Shown here one piece after another: positions 9,414-18,530 of a stretch of DNA of 64,000 nucleotides (within the stretch, counting starts at the first letter, position 1; each line of letters opens with the position of its first letter). The translations under genes were made by a program, and so were the position numbers. The stretch spans positions 149 through 64,148 of the forward strand of contig JAQZCZ010000001.1 of NCBI GenBank assembly GCA_028751095.1. Direction: 5' to 3'. The notes under the pieces are model-generated. The model saw nothing but the letters and a program-made list of their open reading frames with translations, searched no databases and was not told the origin of the DNA. The stretch is from Euryarchaeota archaeon Ods01 (lineage in GTDB: Archaea; Halobacteriota; Halobacteria; Halobacteriales; Halorutilaceae).

Positions 9414-10120
9414 CGTTGGTAATCGGTCGGGGCGTCAGAAGTCGGTTTTCCTTCCGGCATCGATACTTCACTTGGAACGATATCGCAGTAATGGCAGACG
9501 GTGCCGCCGGATTCGCGCCTGACGACCTCGCCCGTCTCGTACTCGACAGAACGGCGGAAGTAAGGCGCGTCGGCGACGAAGGTGTGGAACTCGCCGTTTT
9601 CGCCGCACGGGTCGACGGTGTCGGGCAACGACCTGACGAAGCCCTCGTCGTAGCTCTCTCCGAGGTACTCCGCGCCCAAGGAGTCCGAGACACAGACGGT
9701 GACGGCACGGTAGTCTCGGCGGAGGCGTTCGGCGAGGAGGTCGGTATCCTCGCCCCATAACGGGAATAAGGTGTCGAGTCGGTCGGGTGTCATCTCCTCT
9801 CGGTACTCGCGCACGTCTTCGAGAAAGACATCTCCGAAGACGACAGCGTCGACGCCGTCGTCGTAGAGGTCGGAGAGAGCCGCAGTCATGCTCTCCTCGT
9901 AGTCCTCGTTCGACGCTCCTTCGGGAACGACGACCTGACGAAGGGGCAAGCCGACGGCGTCAGCCTGTTTCTCTATCAAGGACCGCCGCACCCCGTGCAT
10001 CTTGCTACGTCCGTTCTCGGAGAAGTTCGTAAGAAGGGAGTCCATCTCGTACTCATCACGGACGCTTTCGAGAGCCAGCGCGGCGTCCTTTCCGCCGCTC
10101 CACGAGACGGCAACCCTCAT
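9410..10120 (-). CDS. Dph6/MJ0570-like PP-loop ATP-binding protein
   Basis: SWSGGKD, VFGDVFLED, DPCGENGEFHTFV; ATG at 10120 overlaps the upstream stop. Confidence 0.88.
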   Translation of the reverse strand: MRVAVSWSGGKDAALALESVRDEYEMDSLLTNFSENGRSKMHGVRRSLIEKQADAVGLPLRQVVVPEGASNEDYEESMTAALSDLYDDGVDAVVFGDVFLEDVREYREEMTPDRLDTLFPLWGEDTDLLAERLRRDYRAVTVCVSDSLGAEYLGESYDEGFVRSLPDTVDPCGENGEFHTFVADAPYFRRSVEYETGEVVRRESGGTVCHYCDIVPSEVSMPEGKPTSDAPTDYQR

Positions 10121-10659
10121 CTTCCGTACCGCCGCTCGCGTTCTGTGTAGTCTTCGAGACATCCGACGAAAGACGACCTGTCGAGGGTATCGACGTGGCA
10201 GAGTTCGCTGTAGACGGTCTGCCAGACGAGGACATCGGATAGGGCGTTGCCGGATTCGATGAGAAGGTCAGGCTCTCCCGGGACGGCGAGACGTTCCTCA
10301 ACCGCCTCGGCGTCGACCTCATCAGAGCCGAGCCGTCCTTCGGAAGCGTCTTCGGCGATAAGTCGGAAGGCACCTACGAGTTCGTCGCGCCCGCCAAGAT
10401 AGCTCAGGAAACGGCTTCCTTCGTCAGCATCCCCGACCTCTTCGACGACACGGACGGAAGGCTCTAGGTCGGCGACTGCTTCGGTGTAGGGAGAGCGGTC
10501 AACCGTGTCGGGGAGACAGACCGTCGCAGTACCGACACCGAACTCGTCACACCAGACGTAGAAGTCACGGACCGTCTCGGGAGGAGCGTCGGAACCGAGA
10601 ACGGCGGCTACGTGTTCAGGATAGTCGGAGCCTCCGTCAACGGCGCTGTCTGTCAACAT
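10117..10659 (-). CDS. divergent cis-prenyltransferase-family protein (UppS-like, probable Nus1/NgBR-like subunit)
   Basis: EPDLLIESG..LSDVLVWQTVYSEL and C-terminal RERRYGR; lacks the IMDGNRR catalytic motif. Confidence 0.8.
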   Translation of the reverse strand: MLTDSAVDGGSDYPEHVAAVLGSDAPPETVRDFYVWCDEFGVGTATVCLPDTVDRSPYTEAVADLEPSVRVVEEVGDADEGSRFLSYLGGRDELVGAFRLIAEDASEGRLGSDEVDAEAVEERLAVPGEPDLLIESGNALSDVLVWQTVYSELCHVDTLDRSSFVGCLEDYTERERRYGR

Positions 10660-10665
10660 AACCAC

Positions 10666-10701
10666 GGAGTTATAAAGGAGAGGGAGTTATAAATACCATC
10701 G
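10666..10701. promoter_or_regulatory. compact divergent promoter with two TTATAA boxes
   Basis: GAGTTATAAA occurs twice in the short gap between divergent genes; each copy lies at TATA distance from one start codon. Confidence 0.55.
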
Positions 10702-11907
10702 ATGGAAAGCCGGAGCGCCACGGCGCTGGTTGGTCTCCCGTTTCTGCTGTTTCTTGCTGAGACGGACGGCGGCTACACAGCGGCGCTCGGTCTTCTGGCG
10801 CTCGGGGCGACCGAGGCACGTCTGAGCAACGAACAGAGACGCGGCTTCGTCTTGGTCGCAGTCGCCGCCGCCTTCGTCGTCGCCACCACCGAACTGCTTA
10901 GCCTGCCGGACGCCGTCGCGGCGGCTTCGTTGCTCGCGGTCGTCGCGGGAGAAGGTGGTGCGCGGGTCCGCGGCGGTAGGTCGGCTAAGGCGCTCGGCTA
11001 CTTCGTCGCGGCAGGTGTAGCGGGAACTGCCGGCGGCGTTGCCGTCGGAGCTTCGCCCGCCCTCGCGGTCGCCGTCGGCTCCGCGGCGGCTCTCGCAGGC
11101 GGGACGGTAAGGGCACTCGACGACAGCCTATGGGTGGTTCTCGTGGTCGCGGCAGTCGGTGCGTGGGCAGTGACGGTCGTAGGCGTGACGGCTTCGGCGG
11201 CGGTCGTCGGCGTAGCGGCTGTCGGCGTGGTCGCGCTCGCCGCCGCGGCTAACTTCGCGGGCGTAATGACCGTCTCGGGTTCGGCGGCAGGGGCGCTCCT
11301 TAGCTACTTCGTCCTTCTCGCGGGCGGAGTCGGCTGGTTCATCGTCCTCGGTGTCTTCGTCGGAATAGGTGCGGCGACGACGGCGTACGGGAAGGATGAG
11401 AAAGAGGAGATGGGACTCGCAGAACACAGCCGAGGACGTGGGTTCTCAAACGTCGCCGCTAACGGGACGGTTGCGCTTGTCGCGGCGCTCGTCTATTCCA
11501 CGGCACCGGATTCAACGGTAGCAGGTGCGGCTACCGCGGGGTTCGTGGGCTGTATGGCAACCGCCGCGGCGGATACGGCTTCGAGCGAGATAGGCTCAGT
11601 AGCCGGAGAGCCACGTCTGATTACGACCTTAGAACGCGTACCCGCAGGAACCGACGGCGGCGTCTCATGGCAAGGAGAAGTCGTGACAGTCGTCGCGGTC
11701 GCTGTCATCGCCGCGGCGGCACTCGTCGTCGGCATCGTTCCTCCGGAGGGCGCTGTCGTGGCGGCGTTCGGCGGTCTGGTCGGCGCACACGTTGACTCGT
11801 TGTTAGGCGCTACGGTAGAAGGAAGATGGCTGGGTAACGAAGGCGTCAACTTCTCGGCGTGTACGGTCGGCGCAGTCGCCGCCGCCGTTCTGGTCTACGC
11901 AGTCTGA
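10702..11907 (+). CDS. DUF92 (TMEM19/VTE6-like) membrane protein
   Basis: RGFSNVAANG, AAADTASSEIG, RVPAGTDGGVS, VDSLLGATVE, NEGVNF. Confidence 0.9.
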   Translation: MESRSATALVGLPFLLFLAETDGGYTAALGLLALGATEARLSNEQRRGFVLVAVAAAFVVATTELLSLPDAVAAASLLAVVAGEGGARVRGGRSAKALGYFVAAGVAGTAGGVAVGASPALAVAVGSAAALAGGTVRALDDSLWVVLVVAAVGAWAVTVVGVTASAAVVGVAAVGVVALAAAANFAGVMTVSGSAAGALLSYFVLLAGGVGWFIVLGVFVGIGAATTAYGKDEKEEMGLAEHSRGRGFSNVAANGTVALVAALVYSTAPDSTVAGAATAGFVGCMATAAADTASSEIGSVAGEPRLITTLERVPAGTDGGVSWQGEVVTVVAVAVIAAAALVVGIVPPEGAVVAAFGGLVGAHVDSLLGATVEGRWLGNEGVNFSACTVGAVAAAVLVYAV

Positions 11908-12293
11908 GCCGCGCGGTTCCCGTCGAGTGCTTCGAGAACGTCTTCTGCACGGTCGGTAAGGGAGTAGTAACGCCACTTACCTTCCTTACGTCTGTCAACC
12001 AGCCCCGCGTCTATCAGGTCCGAGAGCGCGTGGCTGACGGCGCTCTCGCTTACGTCAACGACGGGGGAAAGTTCGCAGACACAGAGTTCGTTGCCCGACC
12101 GGCGGAGAACGTGGAGAAGGACACAACGCGTCTCGTTCGACATCGCAGAAAGGACATCGGCGTCCTCCACGGCGTCGCCGCGGACGGTGTCGGCGGTTTC
12201 CCGTAGTTCTGCGAGGCGTTCCTCGGCGTCACCCGTGCAGTTGTCCGCGTACTCCTCGGAGACAAGACGGCTCAGACGGTCTTCGGTTGCCAT
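11895..12293 (-). CDS. ArsR/SmtB-family transcriptional regulator
   Basis: ELCVCEL, SAVSHALSDL, RKEGKWRYYSL. Confidence 0.9.
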   Translation of the reverse strand: MATEDRLSRLVSEEYADNCTGDAEERLAELRETADTVRGDAVEDADVLSAMSNETRCVLLHVLRRSGNELCVCELSPVVDVSESAVSHALSDLIDAGLVDRRKEGKWRYYSLTDRAEDVLEALDGNRAAQTA

Positions 12294-12333
12294 GCTGAAT
12301 AATTAAGACGGGTGTGATTAAACCTTTACGCGT

Positions 12334-14910
12334 TCAACGGCGCGCCCAGTCGAGGAGACGCGAACAGAAAGGGTCGGTACGGAGCGCGTCGGGGCTACCG
12401 ACGAGAACGAGCGCGCGTTTGGCGCGCGTCAACGCGACGTTGAGACGGCGCGGGTCATCGAAGACGGGACTATCGAGGTTATCGGAGGCGACGAAGGAGA
12501 CGAGTACGACCTCCTCGCTCGAACCTTGGAAACGGTCGACGGTGTCGACGGGGGTCTCGTCGGGAAGACGGCGGGCTATCTCGGCGACCTGTGCGCGGAA
12601 CGGCGCTATCACGGCGATGCTGTCGGCGGATACGCCCGCCTCGACGAGTTCTGCGTGTATACGTTCAATCTCCGACGCCTCGGCGCGGTTGACGTTGTCG
12701 GTCGCGTTGCCTTCGACGCGAACGAAGGTCACGGGGTCGGCGTATTCGTCGGGGGGTTCGGCGATTCCGTCGAGCGACCGACGGGCGACCTCAGGGTTCG
12801 CGGGGTACAGGTCGCCGCCGTAGAACTCCTTCGACGAGAACGCCTGTATACGTTGAGCCATCCGGTACTGCTGGCGGAGCGTCACGGCGGCGTTGGGGTG
12901 TTCGTCGGCGAGACGTTCGAACAACGACGGCGCTTCGGCGGCGGAGACGGGGGGTAGCTGTTCGTGGTCGCCGACTAAGACGAAACGCGACGCGAGGTTA
13001 ACGGCGGCGAGCGTCGCGGGTTCGGTGAGTTGGGACGCCTCGTCAACGACGGCGCAGTCGAACTCCTGTTCGCGCATGACGCGGGAGGCGCAGGTTGCCG
13101 TCGTACACGCAACGACGGAGGCGTCGCGGAGCGCATCGGCGCGTTCGGTGGGTTCGCCCGCCTCGTCGAAACGGTGTTCGAGCATATCGGCACGGACGCC
13201 GTCACGGGTGCCGAGACGGACGAAGTCGTCGAATCCCTGTTCAAGGAGTGCTTCGAGGGCGTTATCGACCGCTCGGTTGGTGAACGCCGACAGTAGGACG
13301 CGTTCGCCGCGTTCGACGAGCGCACGGACGAGACGTGCGACCGTGTACGTCTTTCCTGTACCGGGCGGTCCCTGTATCAACGAGAAGTCGCGTGCGGCGA
13401 CCGAACGAGCGACAGCACGGTCCTGCGACTCGTTGTTGCCGACGTAGGTTCCGGCGGGCGGCGTCTCGTCAAACCTGGGTGGCGCGCGTCCGAGGAGAAC
13501 GTCGCGTCGGCGGTCGTCCGTCTTCAGCACGAAGTCGTGGAGGGCGACGAGGTAACGGTCAACGGTGACCGTCGAAGGGTACGGGTCGATACGGGTCGCG
13601 TCTATCCGTTCGCCGACGCGTACGGCGACCGTCTCCGCCGTCACCTCCCGAACCCACGCCGTCTCGGCGTCGCGTGACGGACTGCCGTCGCTGACGAGAA
13701 CGAGGTCGCCCTCTGTGATACGTGTCGGTTGGTCGCGCGGCTTGGCGAGTTCAAGGAGATAGCCGCCGTCGCCGAGGGGTTCGGCTTCACGTACCTCAAC
13801 CTCAAGAGCGCCGTCGTCGGACGACAACGAGGCGTGTTCGTCGTGAACGGCGCGCCGTTCCTCTTCGAGAACCGCGTGCTGTTCCTCGAAGTATTCGCGC
13901 TCCTCCTCCGGAAGGGGTTCGCCTATCGAACCCGCCTTCGACTCCTGTCCGAGCCTTCCGGCGACGACCCTGCAGACATCCTGTTCGAAACAGGTCGCGC
14001 AGTTAGCGTCCGCCTCGTATCCCGTCGGGACGCGCCCCACCGTCTCGAAAGCCGCGACCTCGTTCCGTTTCCGTAACGCGAAGTCGAGCAAGCCGCCCGA
14101 AAGACGGAACTCGCGCGCCGGAGAGCCGTCGTTTCCCGTGTAGAGTACGACGGCGGTATCGGGTTCGGATTCGAGCATCAGAGCGTAACACGCCGCCTGA
14201 ATCTTGTCGTAGAAACGCGCGTCGCCGTCACACGAACCCGTCTTGAGTTCGACGGGCGAACCGTCTCGGAGGGCGTCGGCGCGCCCCTTCATTCCGAGCG
14301 ATGGGTCGAAAAGCGTCTTCTCGGTTCGCCATCCGTCGCCGCCGAAACGCGTCTGCGACAGCCATCCGTCGATAGCGTCAGCGTGTTCGAGTGCCTCGTC
14401 ACGCACCTCATCGGCGTCGGCGTCGAGAAGACCGAGTTCGAGTCCGGCGTCATGTACGCGTTCCTCAACAGCGGCGGACGCGTCGTCGCCGTTGAGCATA
14501 TCCTCAAAGACGCCGTGTACGATGGTTCCGCGGACGACCTCGTACTTGAGAGGGACGCCGCTAAGCTTGTTGAGGTACTGGATACGTGGGCACTGTACCC
14601 ACGCGCGTACATCGGTGGCGTTGACGAGGTACGACGGTTCGACGACGACGCGAGAATCCGCGCCCGTCGAGTACCGCGTCGCGCCGTCCTTCTCATCGGC
14701 GACGGGGTCGAGTATGGTGACGGTATGCCCCTCTTGGATATGCGCCGTCGTCTCCGCCCAGTCGCCCCAGAGGGTGACCGTCGTGGCTTCGCCGTTGACG
14801 AGCAAGGTGAGTTCGGCGAGTTCGCGTTCGCCGTGGGTCGTTGCCACGGTCCGCGTCTCACCGGCTTCGATTACTGTTCCTTCGACCTTTTCCACGTCCT
14901 TCGTTGGCAT
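12334..14910 (-). CDS. Dna2-like nuclease/SF1 helicase with N-terminal OB fold
   Basis: OB-like start, Fe-S staple CPR...CATC.....C, GRADAL/VELKTG nuclease motifs, GPPGTGKT, DEASQ, GDHEQL, TVDRFQG, RRLNVALTRAK. Confidence 0.92.
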   Translation of the reverse strand: MPTKDVEKVEGTVIEAGETRTVATTHGERELAELTLLVNGEATTVTLWGDWAETTAHIQEGHTVTILDPVADEKDGATRYSTGADSRVVVEPSYLVNATDVRAWVQCPRIQYLNKLSGVPLKYEVVRGTIVHGVFEDMLNGDDASAAVEERVHDAGLELGLLDADADEVRDEALEHADAIDGWLSQTRFGGDGWRTEKTLFDPSLGMKGRADALRDGSPVELKTGSCDGDARFYDKIQAACYALMLESEPDTAVVLYTGNDGSPAREFRLSGGLLDFALRKRNEVAAFETVGRVPTGYEADANCATCFEQDVCRVVAGRLGQESKAGSIGEPLPEEEREYFEEQHAVLEEERRAVHDEHASLSSDDGALEVEVREAEPLGDGGYLLELAKPRDQPTRITEGDLVLVSDGSPSRDAETAWVREVTAETVAVRVGERIDATRIDPYPSTVTVDRYLVALHDFVLKTDDRRRDVLLGRAPPRFDETPPAGTYVGNNESQDRAVARSVAARDFSLIQGPPGTGKTYTVARLVRALVERGERVLLSAFTNRAVDNALEALLEQGFDDFVRLGTRDGVRADMLEHRFDEAGEPTERADALRDASVVACTTATCASRVMREQEFDCAVVDEASQLTEPATLAAVNLASRFVLVGDHEQLPPVSAAEAPSLFERLADEHPNAAVTLRQQYRMAQRIQAFSSKEFYGGDLYPANPEVARRSLDGIAEPPDEYADPVTFVRVEGNATDNVNRAEASEIERIHAELVEAGVSADSIAVIAPFRAQVAEIARRLPDETPVDTVDRFQGSSEEVVLVSFVASDNLDSPVFDDPRRLNVALTRAKRALVLVGSPDALRTDPFCSRLLDWARR

Positions 14911-14940
14911 CGTCTCGGTAAGTCGGTTGCGGTCGCCCGG

Positions 14941-15945
14941 TTAAGCGCCGAGCAGACCGAAAATGGCGAAGGACTCTGCGACGACCCAGACAAGGAAGAC
15001 GGCGTAGACGGCGACGAGCGCCCACGCCTCCCACCGTTCGAGTTCGAAGCCCGTCCGCATGAGGGTGAACAGGACGACGGTTGCGAGGACGAGATAAGAG
15101 AGGAGAGGGACGGCGCGCGAAAAGGAGACGGTAGTCGCTCCGGCGGCGAGTACGCCCGCGGGGACGGCGACGAGGAGGTCGAAGACGTTGCTCCCGAAGA
15201 CGTTGGCGATGCTCGTCACGTCGTTCTCCCTGCGCGACGCCGTGACGCTGACGACGGCGTCGGGAAGGCTGGTCGCGGCGGCGACGATAGTGAGACCCCA
15301 GACGAAGCTCTCGGTTCCGAGGGCGTCGCCGAGTCCGATTGCGAAACGCAGGAGTCCTTCGACGCCGACCGCGATAAGGACGAATCCGCCGACGAGACCG
15401 AGCCACTGACGCCGGACCGCAACGCCTTCGACGGCTTCGGCTGTGTGGTCAACCGTATCCTCGTACTGGATGAAGACATACAGACCGTAGACTGCGATAG
15501 GGACGAGAGCGAGCGAACGCGTGACTTCGCCGCCGACGCCGAATTCGGGGCTGACGGGGTAGTAGATGACGGCGAGCGACAACGTGAGTATGAAGACGGC
15601 GACGGCGAGGAGGTAGAACTGTGCCTCCTTGTAGACGAGACGCGGCGTAGCGCTGAGGCTTCCGTCGGTGGACAGCGTCGCGGCGGCAGGGATGATGAGA
15701 ATATTGAAGATTGCGGAGCCGACGATGACGGCGATGCCGAGTTCGAACTCGGCGTGTAGGAGCGGTGCGAGTATCGCGGTCAGGAGTTCGGGAGTACTCG
15801 AACCTATGGCAACGATTACCGCGCCCTGAACGACGGGAGGGAGTGCGTAATGTGCGGCGAGTCGGTCGGCGGCGCGTTCGAGACGCGCTCCGCCTATCCA
15901 GATGAGCGCCGTGGAGACGACCGCGACGACGATTAGGCTAAGCAC
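14941..15945 (-). CDS. sodium:calcium antiporter (CaCA family)
   Basis: Alpha repeats GSSTPE/GSAIFN and ATSLPD/GSNVFD. Confidence 0.92.
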   Translation of the reverse strand: MLSLIVVAVVSTALIWIGGARLERAADRLAAHYALPPVVQGAVIVAIGSSTPELLTAILAPLLHAEFELGIAVIVGSAIFNILIIPAAATLSTDGSLSATPRLVYKEAQFYLLAVAVFILTLSLAVIYYPVSPEFGVGGEVTRSLALVPIAVYGLYVFIQYEDTVDHTAEAVEGVAVRRQWLGLVGGFVLIAVGVEGLLRFAIGLGDALGTESFVWGLTIVAAATSLPDAVVSVTASRRENDVTSIANVFGSNVFDLLVAVPAGVLAAGATTVSFSRAVPLLSYLVLATVVLFTLMRTGFELERWEAWALVAVYAVFLVWVVAESFAIFGLLGA

Positions 15946-16042
15946 GGCGTCGTCTTGGTCGGCGTTTCTAATAGAACCTCCGCCGGTCCGGCGCGTAAGA
16001 AAGAAGTGAGCCGTGCCACAAGAAAACGGTGGAGGTACGATA

Positions 16043-16555
16043 ATGGGAACGGTACTAAACGGCGAACTGGAACAGAAAGGCGACCTGTCGCTGTCAAGCC
16101 CCGACTTCGACGACGGCGAACGTATGTCCGACTCGACAGGCTACGCGAACGAGAACCTGAGTCCGCGCCTCGAAATCGACGGTGTGCCCGAGGACGCCGA
16201 GACGCTCGTGCTGGTCTTCGACGACCCAGACGCGGAACCCGTCGCAGGGCATACGTGGGACCACTGGCTCGTCTGGGATATCGACGCCGATATCGACGCC
16301 CTCCCCGAGGGATGGGACGGAAGCGGGGCGACCGAGGGCTACAACGACTACCTCGAACAGGGCTACGGCGGTCCGTCGCCGCCCGAAGGCGACCACCGGT
16401 ACCGGTTCAAGCTTCTCGCGCTCGATACCGAACTCGACGTTCCCGAGTACACGCGGAAGACACGTCTCGGTAGCGTGATAGCGATGAACGCCGAAGTACT
16501 CGCCTCGACCCAGCTGGACGGTATCTACGGCGCGGAACAGGGTACGGCGTTCTGA
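16043..16555 (+). CDS. YbhB/YbcL (PEBP) family protein
   Basis: DDPDA, WDHWLVWDI, GYGGPSPPEGDHRYRF. Confidence 0.92.
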   Translation: MGTVLNGELEQKGDLSLSSPDFDDGERMSDSTGYANENLSPRLEIDGVPEDAETLVLVFDDPDAEPVAGHTWDHWLVWDIDADIDALPEGWDGSGATEGYNDYLEQGYGGPSPPEGDHRYRFKLLALDTELDVPEYTRKTRLGSVIAMNAEVLASTQLDGIYGAEQGTAF

Positions 16556-16561
16556 CGGCTC

Positions 16562-18061
16562 TCAGTCGGCGCGCGTAGACAGGTTTACCAACCTCTTCCT
16601 GCGTTTTTCGACGGTATCGAGTTCGAGCGCCTTGTCGAGTCTGTGTTCGAACTTCCTCCCTGTCACGGAGTCTATCTCCAGACGGTACATCTTGAAGTCG
16701 GTGTCGTCAGGCTTCGCGCCCGAGATATGTAGAACCGTGAACAGGGCGTTGTTCGAGAGCGAGTCGTAGCCGGCTTCAACTTCGTCCTCGTTTAGCTCCC
16801 TCAGTTCGCCCTCAACGAAGACGCTCTTAGCTTCAAGCGACTCCCCTATTTCGTGGACCACGAAGTTTGCCTTCTCGGTGTTTCTCACCCAGTTCCTCTT
16901 CTTGCTCATCGGGGCGAAGGCGAGCATCATACACAGGAAGCCTTCGTCGGAGTCATAGCCGTACGATATAGGCATCGAGTACGAGTCGTTGTCCTGTGAG
17001 AGCGACAGGACACCGGTGCCGTGGCTCGTGAGAAATTCGTCTATCTCGTCGTCCGACATCCCCATCTCGTCACGGACATCGTCGATATCGCGCTGTCTGA
17101 GACGGTACTTCCTGTACCGGTTCATCTTCCTGACGGGATAGTACGCAACCGCGGCGTAGAACGACAGGAGGAATACAGCAAGGAGGGTCCGCTCGACGTT
17201 GTCCGCGGAGACCCCGACAGTCGGTTCAACGGCGGCGGCAACGGCTGGAAGATACGTGACTGAAACGTTGTACGTACCGTGGAGAAGCCCCGCGATTAGG
17301 AGACCCTTGAAGATTATCGTCGTGGCGTGCTTCCTGTTAAGCTTCGCAAGAGCGAGGTAGTAGCCTGCTATCGCAGACCAGAGTACGTGTAACGGCGCAA
17401 CGCCTGCGCGCCCTATAGTCATCTCGGCGGTTGCTCCGCCCAGTCCGAGAAACGAGCCTCCCGTAAGGTAGATTCCGTTTTCGACGGTTGCGAAGGCGAG
17501 ACCGGCGATTGCGCCGAGGACCGCGCCGTCGGCGGGAGAGTTGAAGATATCGTCCGTGTAGGCGTACAGACGGACCGCACCCCACTTTACGGTCTCCTCG
17601 ACGGGAGCGACGACGAGGTAGAAGAATATCACCATACCGCCGGGGACCATGCTGAAGTACCACTGCGTCGCCGTATTGACCGTGAACGGGATGGTAACGA
17701 GAAGACACGAGAGGAGAAACGTGACGGTTATGAGTCGGAGAGGAACCCGGTCACTGGGGTCGGTTTCCCAGAGATACCAGACGATGAAGAAAGCAGGTAC
17801 GACGGAGACGAGCATGAAGACGCCCGCAATCGGGGAGAACAGAAGGGACGCCGCCGTTACGCCGAAGACGAGTAGGACGGCTACCGCAAATCCGGCGACT
17901 ATCAGATACTTGGAGGCGAAGCTAAAACCGAGACAGAATCTGTCGAACGCCGTCCTAGGCTCCCACTCTGTCAGGTCGTAGAGGTCGACGAGGTCTTCCC
18001 TACGCGAGGCTTCGACGCGCTTCTCGTAGAGTTCCTCGTTGTCGGGGTCGACTTCAGGCAT
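16562..18061 (-). CDS. PrsW-family intramembrane metalloprotease fused to a C-terminal pyridoxamine-5'-phosphate-oxidase-like flavin-binding domain
   Basis: EETVK, FATVEN, PLH and HGTYN motifs, followed by MSDDEIDEFL..HGTGVLSL..YSMPISYGYD..SKK..SVFVEG..DSVTGRK. Confidence 0.88.
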   Translation of the reverse strand: MPEVDPDNEELYEKRVEASRREDLVDLYDLTEWEPRTAFDRFCLGFSFASKYLIVAGFAVAVLLVFGVTAASLLFSPIAGVFMLVSVVPAFFIVWYLWETDPSDRVPLRLITVTFLLSCLLVTIPFTVNTATQWYFSMVPGGMVIFFYLVVAPVEETVKWGAVRLYAYTDDIFNSPADGAVLGAIAGLAFATVENGIYLTGGSFLGLGGATAEMTIGRAGVAPLHVLWSAIAGYYLALAKLNRKHATTIIFKGLLIAGLLHGTYNVSVTYLPAVAAAVEPTVGVSADNVERTLLAVFLLSFYAAVAYYPVRKMNRYRKYRLRQRDIDDVRDEMGMSDDEIDEFLTSHGTGVLSLSQDNDSYSMPISYGYDSDEGFLCMMLAFAPMSKKRNWVRNTEKANFVVHEIGESLEAKSVFVEGELRELNEDEVEAGYDSLSNNALFTVLHISGAKPDDTDFKMYRLEIDSVTGRKFEHRLDKALELDTVEKRRKRLVNLSTRAD

Positions 18062-18169
18062 CTACGCTACAGAGGGAACGTAGCTAGTTACGTCTTGTGT
18101 GCAGAAACGGGTGACATACTTTAGTTGAGCAACGAAACAGTTATGCTCTGACCTTTCTAGCTAGGATAT

Positions 18170-18445
18170 ATGTCCCAGGGGGACGAGCGGGTGTACGAGG
18201 AAAAGGTCGAAATAAGGGTGGCACCGGAAACTAAGAAGAAGATACGTAGGTATGCAGAGAAAGAGGGACAAGGTGTCGACTACATCCAGAGAAACATACT
18301 GTACGAGGGGATGAAGAGCCTAGGTATCCGTCCGCGCCGAAGGGACGTGGAGCGAAGGTTCGGAATCGACACACGCACCGCGGTTCTGTTGGCAGCCACG
18401 TACGGATTCGGTCTCTTCGCCGGTCTCCTGTACGGCAGTCTTTGA
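18170..18445 (+). CDS. small putative ribbon-helix-helix DNA-binding protein with C-terminal transmembrane anchor
   Basis: KVEIRV strand, PETKKKIRRYAEKEG helix, DYIQRNILYEGM helix; hydrophobic tail AVLLAATYGFGLFAGLLYGSL. Confidence 0.6.
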   Translation: MSQGDERVYEEKVEIRVAPETKKKIRRYAEKEGQGVDYIQRNILYEGMKSLGIRPRRRDVERRFGIDTRTAVLLAATYGFGLFAGLLYGSL

Positions 18446-18530
18446 ACACACCGGCACGGTTACTTCGGCGCTGTTTCTACGGTACGTGGTTTTATTACTA
18501 GTCCGCGTTATTCTGTTTCAGTGGAAAAAG

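Noticed and set aside
11895-12293. Arsenic-resistance operon
   Set aside because: The ArsR gene stands alone; no arsC, acr3, arsA or arsM adjacent
13900-14650. Cas4-like Fe-S nuclease domain suggesting CRISPR-Cas
   Set aside because: It is part of a Dna2-type helicase-nuclease; no cas genes or repeat-spacer array in the window
14383-15759. 458-aa plus-strand ORF
   Set aside because: Antisense shadow of the Dna2-like and Na/Ca antiporter genes, with no motifs; expected in high-GC DNA
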